A stretch of 64,000 nucleotides of DNA from Promethearchaeota archaeon (GCA_048939995.1 JBHLOY010000002.1:96001-160000), one strand, 5' to 3'. Counted from the stretch's first letter, positions 40,328 through 50,199 are shown. A program made the numbers and translations. Notes: generated by a model not told the origin, from the sequence alone.

Positions 40328-41554
40328 ATGATCACTCAAAATATTCTCCCTTTCTATATAGTGCAGCATGAGGAATTATTTCCTAACACTATAGATGAAT
40401 ATCTGCTTAAATTATTCCCTCTAGTGGATGTAAATATAAATAATCGAGTATACTATCCATTTGAATTAGAAACTCGATTAGGAAATAAAAAAATAAATCC
40501 CTATCTGCGAATAGCTCAACCAGATGATGCTCCGAAGATTGCCGAGATTTGTAAAGAAGTATATGAATCCTCATATCCATATAAAGAAATGGAAGACGCT
40601 GTTCATATACATGAAATGATATTGAGTTCAAATCATCATTTTATCCTCTTTGAGACTGATACAGGAGAAAATGCAGGATGTTTTCGCTGTGCATTAGATT
40701 TTGAGCATAAAAAGGGATATATGGGAGGATTTATGGTTCGTAAGAAATTTCAAGGAAAATTGGACGTAGTACGAGCGATTATGGGATCTTATATTTGGAT
40801 GTGGAATTCTTTTAAAGATGAAATTTTGGTGTGGTATTGTGAGAATCGAACCGCTCATGCCACTTCTCAATATATTACCGCTATTTGTGGCATATACACC
40901 GTGGCCATCTTTCCTAATAAAGATCGATTCTTTGGTAAGATTGAATCGGATGTTATGGGTATTATCTATGTAGAGAAAGTATTGCGAGACTTACGAATCT
41001 CTCAAACTCCTTGTTTTATAGAAGCTGTAGAGAAACCATATCTGTATTCAGATAAATTATATAATCTTGGACTCTATAGAAAAGTAAAGCCAATGATTAA
41101 ATTAGATACACACAGGATTGATAAATTTAAGAAAGATTTTAGATGTAATGTTACAAAAGATAAGTATGGCTATGAATATTATTGTTTCTCTATAGAGCAT
41201 TCTGGCTCATACTTTAATTTTCTCCATAACAGCCATATTCAAAATCTTGAGAAAGCTGAATTTCGAGTTGATTCTACAGAAGAATTGTATTTATATATTC
41301 AAGAGCTAAAAAAATTAATGACCGACTTAAAAATTCGATATTGTGAGGTATTTGTCTCTGCTTATAATCCGGAATATCAACAATTATTCTTTAATGCAGG
41401 TTTTAGTCCAAGAGGATATGTACCTTGCTGGACCTATAACCCTGAAAAAAATAGATTTGAAGATAAAATTATTTTTAACTATTTCGAAGGAGATATTACC
41501 CATATAGATTTATTACCTCAAGGATATGAACTACTTAGTTGTATCCAGGTATGA
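40328..41554 (+). CDS. GNAT-family protein
   Basis: LRIAQPDDA, YPYKE, VRKKFQG, ENRTAHATSQ, GFSPRGYVP. Confidence 0.75.
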   Translation: MITQNILPFYIVQHEELFPNTIDEYLLKLFPLVDVNINNRVYYPFELETRLGNKKINPYLRIAQPDDAPKIAEICKEVYESSYPYKEMEDAVHIHEMILSSNHHFILFETDTGENAGCFRCALDFEHKKGYMGGFMVRKKFQGKLDVVRAIMGSYIWMWNSFKDEILVWYCENRTAHATSQYITAICGIYTVAIFPNKDRFFGKIESDVMGIIYVEKVLRDLRISQTPCFIEAVEKPYLYSDKLYNLGLYRKVKPMIKLDTHRIDKFKKDFRCNVTKDKYGYEYYCFSIEHSGSYFNFLHNSHIQNLEKAEFRVDSTEELYLYIQELKKLMTDLKIRYCEVFVSAYNPEYQQLFFNAGFSPRGYVPCWTYNPEKNRFEDKIIFNYFEGDITHIDLLPQGYELLSCIQV

Positions 41555-41688
41555 TTTTTTTTTATACTAATTCATTCTGAATTTGTATCTTTGCTTACCT
41601 AATGGAATAAGAATTTTTTCTTGTATTGCTTTTCTAATATAGTGGTTCTTTAAGTCGCTCTTATCTAAATCAAAGGAAATTATTTTAG

Positions 41689-42267
41689 TCACCTTTCCTC
41701 TTGAATTATAATAAGATAATTAGAAAGACTAATTTGCTTTATTGGTTTATTAGCTCTTTTGTAGGCGAGAATCGGGACTCCTAGATCAATTGCTATTTTA
41801 GTGAGGTATATCAAACCATTTCCTCTATGTTCAAAAAAATAGGGATGTTTTAATTTTAAATTCTTTACGTTGTGAATCAATTTGGAACTATTTTTCCCTA
41901 AATAAAACCCTTTTCCGATTTTAATATGCTGAAAAAAATAAATGATATCACTAAGTAAGTTAGCATGTTCATAGTTAATGGAAATTTCATTTTTATTAGT
42001 TTTTTCATCTATTTCAGACTTTGGTTTTAACTCTAAATAGATTGTGTTATTTTTCCTTTTCTCAATTATTGTATAATCTTCTAAAAGCGAATGGAATAGG
42101 TTTTGGACATGGAATATAATATTTAATAGTTCTTTTTCCTCTTTAGGAAGTATTTTCAGAACTCTACATAATTTACTGAAGTTAAAATGTGCCCGAGGAT
42201 GGTCTCGGAATTTCTCCAAAGCATCAATAATAAGCAGAAACCTCTGAAGATTATCACTAGGGGGCAT
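41689..42267 (-). CDS. Hypothetical protein, possibly winged-helix
   Basis: FNFSKLCRVLKI helix; GNGLIYLTKIA wing-like turn. Confidence 0.55.
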   Translation of the reverse strand: MPPSDNLQRFLLIIDALEKFRDHPRAHFNFSKLCRVLKILPKEEKELLNIIFHVQNLFHSLLEDYTIIEKRKNNTIYLELKPKSEIDEKTNKNEISINYEHANLLSDIIYFFQHIKIGKGFYLGKNSSKLIHNVKNLKLKHPYFFEHRGNGLIYLTKIAIDLGVPILAYKRANKPIKQISLSNYLIIIQEER

Positions 42268-42355
42268 CTATTCAAATAAATCATGCTCAAATAAAAAGAA
42301 AAAATTTCTTGAAAAAGAAATCTAATAAGATAAAATGATTAAATAAGAAAAAAGG

Positions 42356-44680
42356 TTATAAATTTAGTTTTTTATGTAGTGATACTTTTTTTAGGTTTAT
42401 GAAATGTATCTTTTTTGATGTAATAAGAAGAACAACGAAAGGAACTCCGATCAAAAGACCTCCTAAAATGGTAATATGAATGAATTCGCTGCTAAAATCT
42501 CTAAAAAAGTTGATGTCTCTGTAATCAGGATTCATAAAATTTTTTTCTAAACTACAAACCCAATAAAAGCCTTCATAACACATTGTTGTCTTTTCAATAG
42601 ATTCATAAAATTCATACAAGACATTATCATATACGTTTAAAATGAGTGTTTGAATAGAGGGAATATCAAAATAAATACTTAGATTTAATAAATCGGAAAG
42701 CTGATAGCTATAGTATACATTTTTCAGATTGGTATAATTAAGATTATTATTCAGATAACTTTTTATTTTTGCAGAGTCTAATTCATATCGTCCCAGAGCT
42801 TTCAACATGTAGACTGCATAATAGGTATATTCTAAAATCAATTCAACCTTTCGAATGCTTCGAGGTGTGAAGAATATCTCTTTTTCTGTCTCATTAATCA
42901 GAAAGAGAATATACGAATTCAGAGCATCAACATCAAATGAGAATGCTGATGCATTATCTAACTGTTGATAGTCCGCGAGAAGTTCCAAACTACGAAATGC
43001 GTAATATGCATCAATAAAATCCACACATTCATCTTGATATTTTGGAGTAGCCATAATCATGAATGAGGGATTAGGTAGAAATCCTCCGTAATTAGTATAA
43101 TTTTCTTCTAAAAACTGGCTTTCAAGAATAGTAGCAATAACACTAGAGAGGTCATAACTCATCTCAAATATATGCAATTTAGATAATATTGCTAATGAGT
43201 TCAATGCCAAAAACGTGTTTTTTTGAGAGGTCATCCTCTCAATTCCCCAGATATATTTCTGATTCCCTATTGAAAAATATTCTATAGGAAATGAGCGGAA
43301 TACTGGAGCACTAAGATACATATTAATACTTCCTCGAAAGTTGTTATCTATTGTAAAACAGCTCTCTAGTGCAAGGTATAATTGAGTAAGAGGAAGATCA
43401 GATAACCTATCGAAGGTATCAAATGAACTAAGTAGGTAATTAATTGATTGAAGTGAAATATAATCCTCTGAAAGAAGTGTATATCCTCCCTGTTTAAAGT
43501 AGTAGTTCAAAGCGGTAGCGACTATGTTTTTCTCACTTTCTACCATAGAGAGTCGATTCATATTAACTAAGGATCGAACGATCTGGAAGGTATCTATTAG
43601 TTCATGGTATTGGATGTCAGTAGATTGGTCCCATATGCCCCATTCATTCTTATTGAGGAGGAGAAAAGTGATACTTTGCTCTTGGTCATGACCTGAAAAA
43701 CTTGTTAAATCAGCAAGTTCCAAAGCGAGTGATGTTCCTACAATGTTTAATTCATTATCGGATGTATGACTTTGAAATCCAGAAAAGTAGAAACTGGAGG
43801 AACTAGGTTCATATAAATTATCAAGGTAACTATGAAAATTGTTTATATTGATTGTATTAGTTTTTCCTATTATATCAAGAGTTTTTATACAATAATATGC
43901 TGTAACTACATTAGGTTCAATCATCATAAGAGCGCTCGTATTACCCCAACTGTTGTAAAATCCACCAAACCATTTTGGATCACTCATTGTCAACTGAAGA
44001 CTGGATATAAATGATGCAATTTTATCTTTTGCATTATTATAGAGGTCCCAATTATCTAATATATCAATTACCTGAGTAGCAAAAAAGGTATTATCTCCAG
44101 TAGGGTCTTTAAGATATTCAGGCATATTCACATCAAACGGCATTCCGATAAATCCACCAACCACAGGATTATAGCAATCCCATATAAAATCAACTATACC
44201 TATTTTGTCAATGAAGTGTAAGCCTCCCAGAATCTCTAAAGAAAGGACTGCATAGCTATTAATTTGGAGTAGAGATGATAATGGATATATAACTTTTCGG
44301 TTAGGGTTCGCATCAAGCCAACGCTTTGCATAAGAATCAATAAATAAACTCTCATTTGGATTATAAAACGACATTATATAGTCAATGAGCGCACTCGTGT
44401 TAACATCTTCTAGCTTATCGATCGCATTAAGTATATAAAGCGCATAATATGTGGCTTGAATAGAAGACTCATAAATTTGGGGGAAATATCCTTTATTCCC
44501 GTATTGTTCTAACTTTTTATTGTAAATTCTGTTAATTAAACCTGAATAACCTAGTGAAGAACTTGAAATATTTTGAGAATTTATCAAATCTATAGAATTA
44601 AAATCTGACATTGTAAAAATTAGAACATTGCTCGTAAAGAATATCACTACCAACAAGGAAAAAAACTTCTTTATATTCAT
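42356..44680 (-). CDS. Secreted, C-terminally anchored prenyltransferase/squalene-cyclase-repeat (alpha/alpha toroid) protein
   Basis: Signal peptide; repeats such as WDCYNPVVGGF, SLQ..FGGF, ESQ..YGGF, TYYAL, AYYCI; C-terminal TM. Confidence 0.75.
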   Translation of the reverse strand: MNIKKFFSLLVVIFFTSNVLIFTMSDFNSIDLINSQNISSSSLGYSGLINRIYNKKLEQYGNKGYFPQIYESSIQATYYALYILNAIDKLEDVNTSALIDYIMSFYNPNESLFIDSYAKRWLDANPNRKVIYPLSSLLQINSYAVLSLEILGGLHFIDKIGIVDFIWDCYNPVVGGFIGMPFDVNMPEYLKDPTGDNTFFATQVIDILDNWDLYNNAKDKIASFISSLQLTMSDPKWFGGFYNSWGNTSALMMIEPNVVTAYYCIKTLDIIGKTNTININNFHSYLDNLYEPSSSSFYFSGFQSHTSDNELNIVGTSLALELADLTSFSGHDQEQSITFLLLNKNEWGIWDQSTDIQYHELIDTFQIVRSLVNMNRLSMVESEKNIVATALNYYFKQGGYTLLSEDYISLQSINYLLSSFDTFDRLSDLPLTQLYLALESCFTIDNNFRGSINMYLSAPVFRSFPIEYFSIGNQKYIWGIERMTSQKNTFLALNSLAILSKLHIFEMSYDLSSVIATILESQFLEENYTNYGGFLPNPSFMIMATPKYQDECVDFIDAYYAFRSLELLADYQQLDNASAFSFDVDALNSYILFLINETEKEIFFTPRSIRKVELILEYTYYAVYMLKALGRYELDSAKIKSYLNNNLNYTNLKNVYYSYQLSDLLNLSIYFDIPSIQTLILNVYDNVLYEFYESIEKTTMCYEGFYWVCSLEKNFMNPDYRDINFFRDFSSEFIHITILGGLLIGVPFVVLLITSKKIHFINLKKVSLHKKLNL

Positions 44681-44773
44681 CTCTATATCATATTAATAAT
44701 TTCAATATATTGAAACAAAGATAATTGTCGATATATTTAAATAAAAAAAACAAAAAGTGGGTTTCAGAATTAT

Positions 44774-46021
44774 TTATGATATAATGAGTGGAGGCCCCTT
44801 TACTCTCCAGATTGCCATATTAAATAATTGATCTCGTTCTGTGTCAGGATCAGGAATTTCTTCTGATGGGTTCCTATTTTCAAATAATTCTTTGATCCTT
44901 CCTTTATCAATAGCTAATGATAATAGAATAGGTTTATTATGTAATTCCCTAAAAGCATAGAAATAGTACTCGATAGTGTCAAACGCATTGAATGTTTGCA
45001 TCCCATTTCCTAATTCAATCTCTATGATTTCATTATATTCAGGTTCTTCCTCAATTTCTTCCATAAGGGCCCCAATCTTGAGCATAACCTCTTTAAGTAA
45101 TTCCGCTGATTTTACTAGAGAGACAAATCCAGGAACTCGGAATCTCTCAAAAATTTTCCGTTCCACTTGTTTATGAATTGTACTCATACGAATATTCAAT
45201 TTTCTGCAGATTTCACTAACAGAAATTAGTTTATCAGGCAAACATAGAGCGGATATGGAGGTCACTACCCCCGCAATGACATTATCCTTCGTATTTTTGA
45301 TCATTTCCCAGAGCTTATCCAAAATTTTCTTTGATTGGTAATAGAAATACATACCTAATTCAAAATGTTCGGAAATTTCTAAAACTTTCTGGCATACATA
45401 TTCCATTCGATTCCTTTCTTTATATTTCGGTTTAAAATCGCATATTTGAAGCTTAAACGACTGGAAGTCCTTTTTTTCAATATTAGAGACTCCTAAAAGA
45501 GCTTGTTCATCGATAGGTTTACAGTCAAATTTATAGGTAAAATAGATTACTAAGGGAATTAGCTTCTCTGGGCTTCGATACTTGGTACCATGCACAATTT
45601 TCGAACGAATCTGAACGAAATTGCTAAATACTTTCTTCTTATCAGATTCAGGAAGAGAAAGTACCTCAAAAATTCGATTTATCTCTATCATAGCTCTTGT
45701 TTTCACATTTTCTTCATTTGATTTTATAGAATCAAGTCTGTTCAATCGATTTAATCGGTAGGATTGAGGATTTTGCATTCGCTCTTTTGTTGACCCTATC
45801 TGAGTTTTCCCTAATGGGGCATACTGTATAATATCTTGATTATATGGGATATGATATTCTAAAATCTGTAAATCAAGCATGATTCCACACTCTTTACAGA
45901 CATAACCCGACTCATTTTGGGTAACGTTTTCTGAACCACATATATCACACTGCAATGATGTGTATGTAGCTTTTTGATTAAATTGAGATTTATTTAAACT
46001 TGCCAATTTACTCACGATCAC
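44774..46021 (-). CDS. tfb: Divergent transcription factor B (TFIIB) paralog with an acidic C-terminal extension
   Basis: Zn ribbon CDICGS..YVCKECG, LNRLNRLD linker, two cyclin repeats, HTH SVSEICRKLNIRMSTIHKQV. Confidence 0.8.
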   Translation of the reverse strand: MIVSKLASLNKSQFNQKATYTSLQCDICGSENVTQNESGYVCKECGIMLDLQILEYHIPYNQDIIQYAPLGKTQIGSTKERMQNPQSYRLNRLNRLDSIKSNEENVKTRAMIEINRIFEVLSLPESDKKKVFSNFVQIRSKIVHGTKYRSPEKLIPLVIYFTYKFDCKPIDEQALLGVSNIEKKDFQSFKLQICDFKPKYKERNRMEYVCQKVLEISEHFELGMYFYYQSKKILDKLWEMIKNTKDNVIAGVVTSISALCLPDKLISVSEICRKLNIRMSTIHKQVERKIFERFRVPGFVSLVKSAELLKEVMLKIGALMEEIEEEPEYNEIIEIELGNGMQTFNAFDTIEYYFYAFRELHNKPILLSLAIDKGRIKELFENRNPSEEIPDPDTERDQLFNMAIWRVKGPPLIIS

Positions 46022-46177
46022 AAATTTTCATTTATTACTAAAGAACAGAAGATGAGGAGTGTTATTTAAAAATGTTACGGTTTGGATCGAAAAATAGGGA
46101 TAGAAGCTTTCTTCTCTCAAAGTACATTCTTCCTGTTTTTGATAAAAGTGTCGTTTTTCAATTTTACTGATCACTTC

Positions 46178-46195
46178 TTGGACACTATTGTCCAA
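46178..46195. promoter_or_regulatory. Inverted repeat, candidate operator between the divergent tfb and protease operons
   Basis: TTGGACA-CTAT-TGTCCAA, perfect 7-bp arms. Confidence 0.45.
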
Positions 46196-46221
46196 TTCTA
46201 TCTTTTTTTCTTAAACTCTTG

Positions 46222-46239
46222 ATTTTTCCTTTATATATC
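46222..46239 (+). promoter_or_regulatory. Pyrimidine-rich BRE-TATA promoter (leaderless)
   Basis: ATTTTTCCTTTATATATC about 20 nt before ATG 46259. Confidence 0.65.
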
Positions 46240-46258
46240 TCTATTAGGTATTTATTTC

Positions 46259-47035
46259 ATGACATTAGTAGATCTGATCTTTTGGTTTTTCATAATATGG
46301 ATCATTTCTCTTATTTGTCAGGAGCTCTATATTAGAGTTAATGGTGTTGAGCGAGCAGTTTTCAATGTAATTGCATTTATAGGAGTATTTGTTCACGAAG
46401 TAGGACATATATTAATGTGTATTTTGTTTCGGGTGCCCTTTAATGGCTTTTCAGTTTACTTTCGTCAAGGAAATAAGATTTCTCCTCATGGTCATGTGAA
46501 ATTAAAAAATTGGAATAGAAATTCCTTCTTACAAGATTTTATGGTTACTTTTGGTCCACTGTTTCTCTCTACATGGGTATTTTTATTCTGCCTTGATCTG
46601 ATATGGGTACAAGGTGTAGATAGTCTTGTAGGGTTTATTTTACTAGGAATAATGATTTCTGTCATATTCGGAGCAAGTCCGTCTCGACCCGATTTAAATG
46701 GTATGTTTCATGTCTTCTCGAAAAACCCTTCCTACTCAACCTATCAAATTTTTTTAGCAGGATTATCAGTTATCATCGTCTGTCTAACAATCGATTTTTC
46801 TGTGATGATTTACTTACCAATGGAGCTGTTCTATTATATATTGGCTTTCTTTACAATAGTATTGGTCTATTACCTACTTAAGTACTCTTTTAGAGCTATT
46901 GGCTATGTTTTTAGACGAGTTTTTAATTTATCAATTTTGGACGCTAAAACAGTAACGCGTAGACGACATAGACCCCGCGTACGTGGACTTTATAGTTATA
47001 ATTATGGAAATAGACAGGAGGTAAAGAAAAAATGA
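46259..47035 (+). CDS. Membrane zinc metalloprotease (M50-like/DUF3267-like)
   Basis: GVFVHEVGH, FGPLF, SPSRPD; multiple TM helices. Confidence 0.75.
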   Translation: MTLVDLIFWFFIIWIISLICQELYIRVNGVERAVFNVIAFIGVFVHEVGHILMCILFRVPFNGFSVYFRQGNKISPHGHVKLKNWNRNSFLQDFMVTFGPLFLSTWVFLFCLDLIWVQGVDSLVGFILLGIMISVIFGASPSRPDLNGMFHVFSKNPSYSTYQIFLAGLSVIIVCLTIDFSVMIYLPMELFYYILAFFTIVLVYYLLKYSFRAIGYVFRRVFNLSILDAKTVTRRRHRPRVRGLYSYNYGNRQEVKKK

Positions 47036-47376
47036 AAATTTTATGTTATTTAATTCTCGTAGTTGCATTTATGATGTATTACCAAAAGAATCCAGTTTAT
47101 ACAATCATTATAATCGCAATTGGAATTGGAATTTATATTTTTTTTAAATCCAGAAAAGGAAAGGGAGGATTATTTAAAAAATTTATAGGACGAGATCGCT
47201 CTGAAACTGATGATCGTATGGATGATTTAATTACTCTTTTTATGCTTCAACAGATGTTTAATAATTCTATCCAAAATAAAAACCAAATTCAAGAGAAAGA
47301 AACCCCTAAGAATAAACGCAGTGAGGAATTAGAGAAAGAGAAACAAGAGATTCTTGAATTATTAGAGGGTGATTAA
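47032..47376 (+). CDS. Small membrane protein
   Basis: Two N-terminal TM helices and a charged tail; ATGA-type overlap with the upstream gene. Confidence 0.65.
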   Translation: MKILCYLILVVAFMMYYQKNPVYTIIIIAIGIGIYIFFKSRKGKGGLFKKFIGRDRSETDDRMDDLITLFMLQQMFNNSIQNKNQIQEKETPKNKRSEELEKEKQEILELLEGD

Positions 47377-47985
47377 GTGAAAAATATTTTTATGGAAATC
47401 CAATCATCGTTACATAAAAATTGTATTTTATCCCTATATGGTAAATCAGGAACCGGTAAAACTTCTTTTACATTATATTTTGTGGGCTACTTGATTACTA
47501 GATGTAAGCCTTATCAAGATCAGTGCGTATGGATACAAGCAAGTGAGTTTTTTCCATCTAGAAGGCTTGTTCAATTGTTTAAAGAGGATATTGAGATTTT
47601 ACGATATATTCGTAACAATATCTTTATTACTCCTTCTAAACACCCTTTTCTTTCATATCAAGAACAAAGTAGGTATTTATCTGAGATTGAAGGTAGAACT
47701 TTTCCACCTGAATTGAAGTACATCGTAATTGATAATATTTCTCATCACCTTCGCTTTGAGGTTTCTAGGTATCCCTCAATATCAGAAAAAGTAAAGTTAT
47801 TAAATTCATTCTATGAGTCTCAATTATTACCGTTAGTTTTATTTTGCCAAATAAATAATATTAATCTAATTCTAATTCATGAAGTATCATATCATCCCTC
47901 ATTAGAGCGGACAGTTCCTTTCTTTTATAAGTTATATAGTCGGATAGAGAAAAAAAAAAAAAAGAAAAAAATTAGCTCATCCTGA
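47377..47985 (+). CDS. RadB/RecA-superfamily P-loop ATPase, probably C-terminally truncated
   Basis: LYGKSGTGKT, WIQASEFFPSRRL, YIVIDNIS, LILIHE; ends in an A14-G-A7 tract. Confidence 0.7.
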   Translation: MKNIFMEIQSSLHKNCILSLYGKSGTGKTSFTLYFVGYLITRCKPYQDQCVWIQASEFFPSRRLVQLFKEDIEILRYIRNNIFITPSKHPFLSYQEQSRYLSEIEGRTFPPELKYIVIDNISHHLRFEVSRYPSISEKVKLLNSFYESQLLPLVLFCQINNINLILIHEVSYHPSLERTVPFFYKLYSRIEKKKKKKKISSS

Positions 47986-48016
47986 ATTATCTCAGAAATT
48001 TGAAATAACCCCCTTA

Positions 48017-48223
48017 ATGAAAATTAAATGCAGAGAGGTTTATAATGATTTCATAGTTTATTTTTATACTAATCAAATAAAAAAAATCGCCCAGAATGAA
48101 GATTGGGACTTATATGAATATGGATCAAAGATTAATAAATTCTTAACAATAACTTATTTTGAACCACTTGAACTTCAAAATTTTTTTCCTTTAAATAGTT
48201 TAGTTAGAGGAGTGGGTATATGA
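48017..48223 (+). CDS. Hypothetical protein, possibly an N-truncated fragment
   Basis: The frame stays open upstream into the poly-A tract (..LAHPELSQKFEITPLMKIK..). Confidence 0.45.
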   Translation: MKIKCREVYNDFIVYFYTNQIKKIAQNEDWDLYEYGSKINKFLTITYFEPLELQNFFPLNSLVRGVGI

Positions 48224-48600
48224 TTACTCATGATGCAATTTCAGAAAAGGGGAAGCTTAAATCAGTAGTTTGTAGAATTTGCTATAATAATACTGGAAAG
48301 AAACCTCAAATCGTAAAACTAGGGACAGAATTTCAAGTTATTTGTAATGAGTGTACCGAAAGATTTACACCTGAAGAAAGAGATTTAATCTATAATATGT
48401 TTACTGCATTTGGTGGTTATTTTGGAAAATTAAAGGATGAATCCTCATATAAGGTTATCACTCGGTTAATGAAAGAATACAATTTAGAAGGGGCTGATCT
48501 GAAGTTGAGTGCAATTGATGTTAGGGTGCTTCATGAAGCATTACTTTATGGAATTGCTCCAAGACATTTAATTCAAGGGATCAAAATACTCCAAGAATGA
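48220..48600 (+). CDS. Zinc-finger protein
   Basis: CRIC..CNEC, FGGYFG, LHEALLYGI; SD GGAG. Confidence 0.7.
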   Translation: MITHDAISEKGKLKSVVCRICYNNTGKKPQIVKLGTEFQVICNECTERFTPEERDLIYNMFTAFGGYFGKLKDESSYKVITRLMKEYNLEGADLKLSAIDVRVLHEALLYGIAPRHLIQGIKILQE

Positions 48601-48764
48601 TTTCAAGATATATTTATTTTATTTAATGTGATTTAAGATTAAAAAATTAATTCCATTTAAAAATGGATCTTAGATTATAATCCTTATATATTCACTTAAC
48701 TTATTTATAAATGAGAAATCCATTTAATTAAAAGTATTATCTAAAATTAATTTAAGGAAGAGAA

Positions 48765-49448
48765 ATGACAATCACCTTTCATTTTTGGTTTAGTTCTTTT
48801 GCATATTTCTTACCATTAGGAATGTATAGCGCTTATATGATTGCATTTAGTGTCTTTCTGATTATCGCTAGCCAAGAGAAGGAAAGAACCACTATTTTTA
48901 AAAATCTTTTAAAATCTGCGGCAATTGTTAATTTAATCAGCATTACACTGCTGTATTTCTTTCCTATCGGTTCTACCGCTTATAGTCCAACTGAACAGGA
49001 ATTAATGTTAATGTATCTTCTTACAGGTATATTACCATCCTTACTAACTTATATTCCAAAAATATATTCTTTTGGTATAGTATTTTTTATTTACGGCTAT
49101 AAAAATAGAAGTTTAATTAAAGATTATCTTAAGTACACAGGTATCTTTTGGCTTATCTTTACTATTTGGGCTTCTATTACTCTTTTCTCGCCATTTGCAA
49201 GTTTTTCTCAGCTAGTCTATATATTAGATTACATTTATAATCTTCCTAGTTTCTATCTTTATTCAATTCTTTTTCAGATTTTTGGAATTGGAGGTATTTT
49301 TAATTCATTAGCAGTCATTTTTCTATTGATTCATGCATTTGTTAATAGTGATTCTTCATTAAAAATAGCAGGATTTATTTATTTCATTGGGAATGCAACA
49401 ATTGGGCTTAGTCAAATCGCGCTATATATTCAAATGATAATATATTAA
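48765..49448 (+). CDS. Hypothetical multi-pass membrane protein
   Basis: About 6 TM helices. Confidence 0.65.
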   Translation: MTITFHFWFSSFAYFLPLGMYSAYMIAFSVFLIIASQEKERTTIFKNLLKSAAIVNLISITLLYFFPIGSTAYSPTEQELMLMYLLTGILPSLLTYIPKIYSFGIVFFIYGYKNRSLIKDYLKYTGIFWLIFTIWASITLFSPFASFSQLVYILDYIYNLPSFYLYSILFQIFGIGGIFNSLAVIFLLIHAFVNSDSSLKIAGFIYFIGNATIGLSQIALYIQMIIY

Positions 49449-49455
49449 GAAATAA

Positions 49456-50199
49456 TTATAAGTAACAAGAAATATTTGAAACCTCATCAATGATCTTTAT
49501 TGTAGGGTAGTTTTCATCCTCTCTTTGGCTTAAATTAACAATCCTCATCTTTGAAGTATGGAAAGTATTGTTAAAAATATAAAAAGTAGAAGTATAATCT
49601 TGCTTGATTCTTTCAAAGCGGATTTCCATACTAGTTTTCAAATTAGAAAAGAGATCTCTGTTATTGGAACATAAATAATTTACCTTTTGATTCAACTTAT
49701 CTATTAAGATATAACATTGCAATCTTATATCATAATAGATATGAAATTTATCCCTATAATGCTTCCAATCAAGGAGAAAGTTAATTAATTCTGTGTTAAA
49801 TATCTCATTAACCATTTTATCTCCATATTTCATTTTTTCAATAGAATAACTTATAAGATCATTGATATTATATCGTTTTCTTTCACCTGAAATTATAATG
49901 GGTATGTCAAAATAATCCTCATTTCTTATAGCTATTTTTATTATCATTTCACCTTTCTTGGGATATTTTTCATGAAGAATTTTAATAGCTAATCTTCGCA
50001 CCTCAGAACTGGGATCTTCTAGAACTAGTTTTTTTAGAGTAGGAAATAGATCATATTTTCCAAAATCCATTATTGAAATTCTTTTAAGCGATCTTAATCG
50101 CGCTTTATCGCTATTAATCTTTAGGGATTTTAGTAAGGATTCTAATTGCCAATTTTTTTCTAAGAAGTTAATTTTATTTGATTTAGTTTTTGTTTTCAC
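49456..50199 (-). CDS. HEAT-repeat-containing protein
   Basis: LKKLVLEDPSSEVRRLAIKIL. Confidence 0.6.
   Translation of the reverse strand: MKTKTKSNKINFLEKNWQLESLLKSLKINSDKARLRSLKRISIMDFGKYDLFPTLKKLVLEDPSSEVRRLAIKILHEKYPKKGEMIIKIAIRNEDYFDIPIIISGERKRYNINDLISYSIEKMKYGDKMVNEIFNTELINFLLDWKHYRDKFHIYYDIRLQCYILIDKLNQKVNYLCSNNRDLFSNLKTSMEIRFERIKQDYTSTFYIFNNTFHTSKMRIVNLSQREDENYPTIKIIDEVSNISCYL

Noticed and set aside
46028-46195. Possible 55-aa minus-strand ORF upstream of tfb (TTG start)
   Set aside because: No motif or clear SD, and it overlaps the likely tfb promoter and the palindrome.
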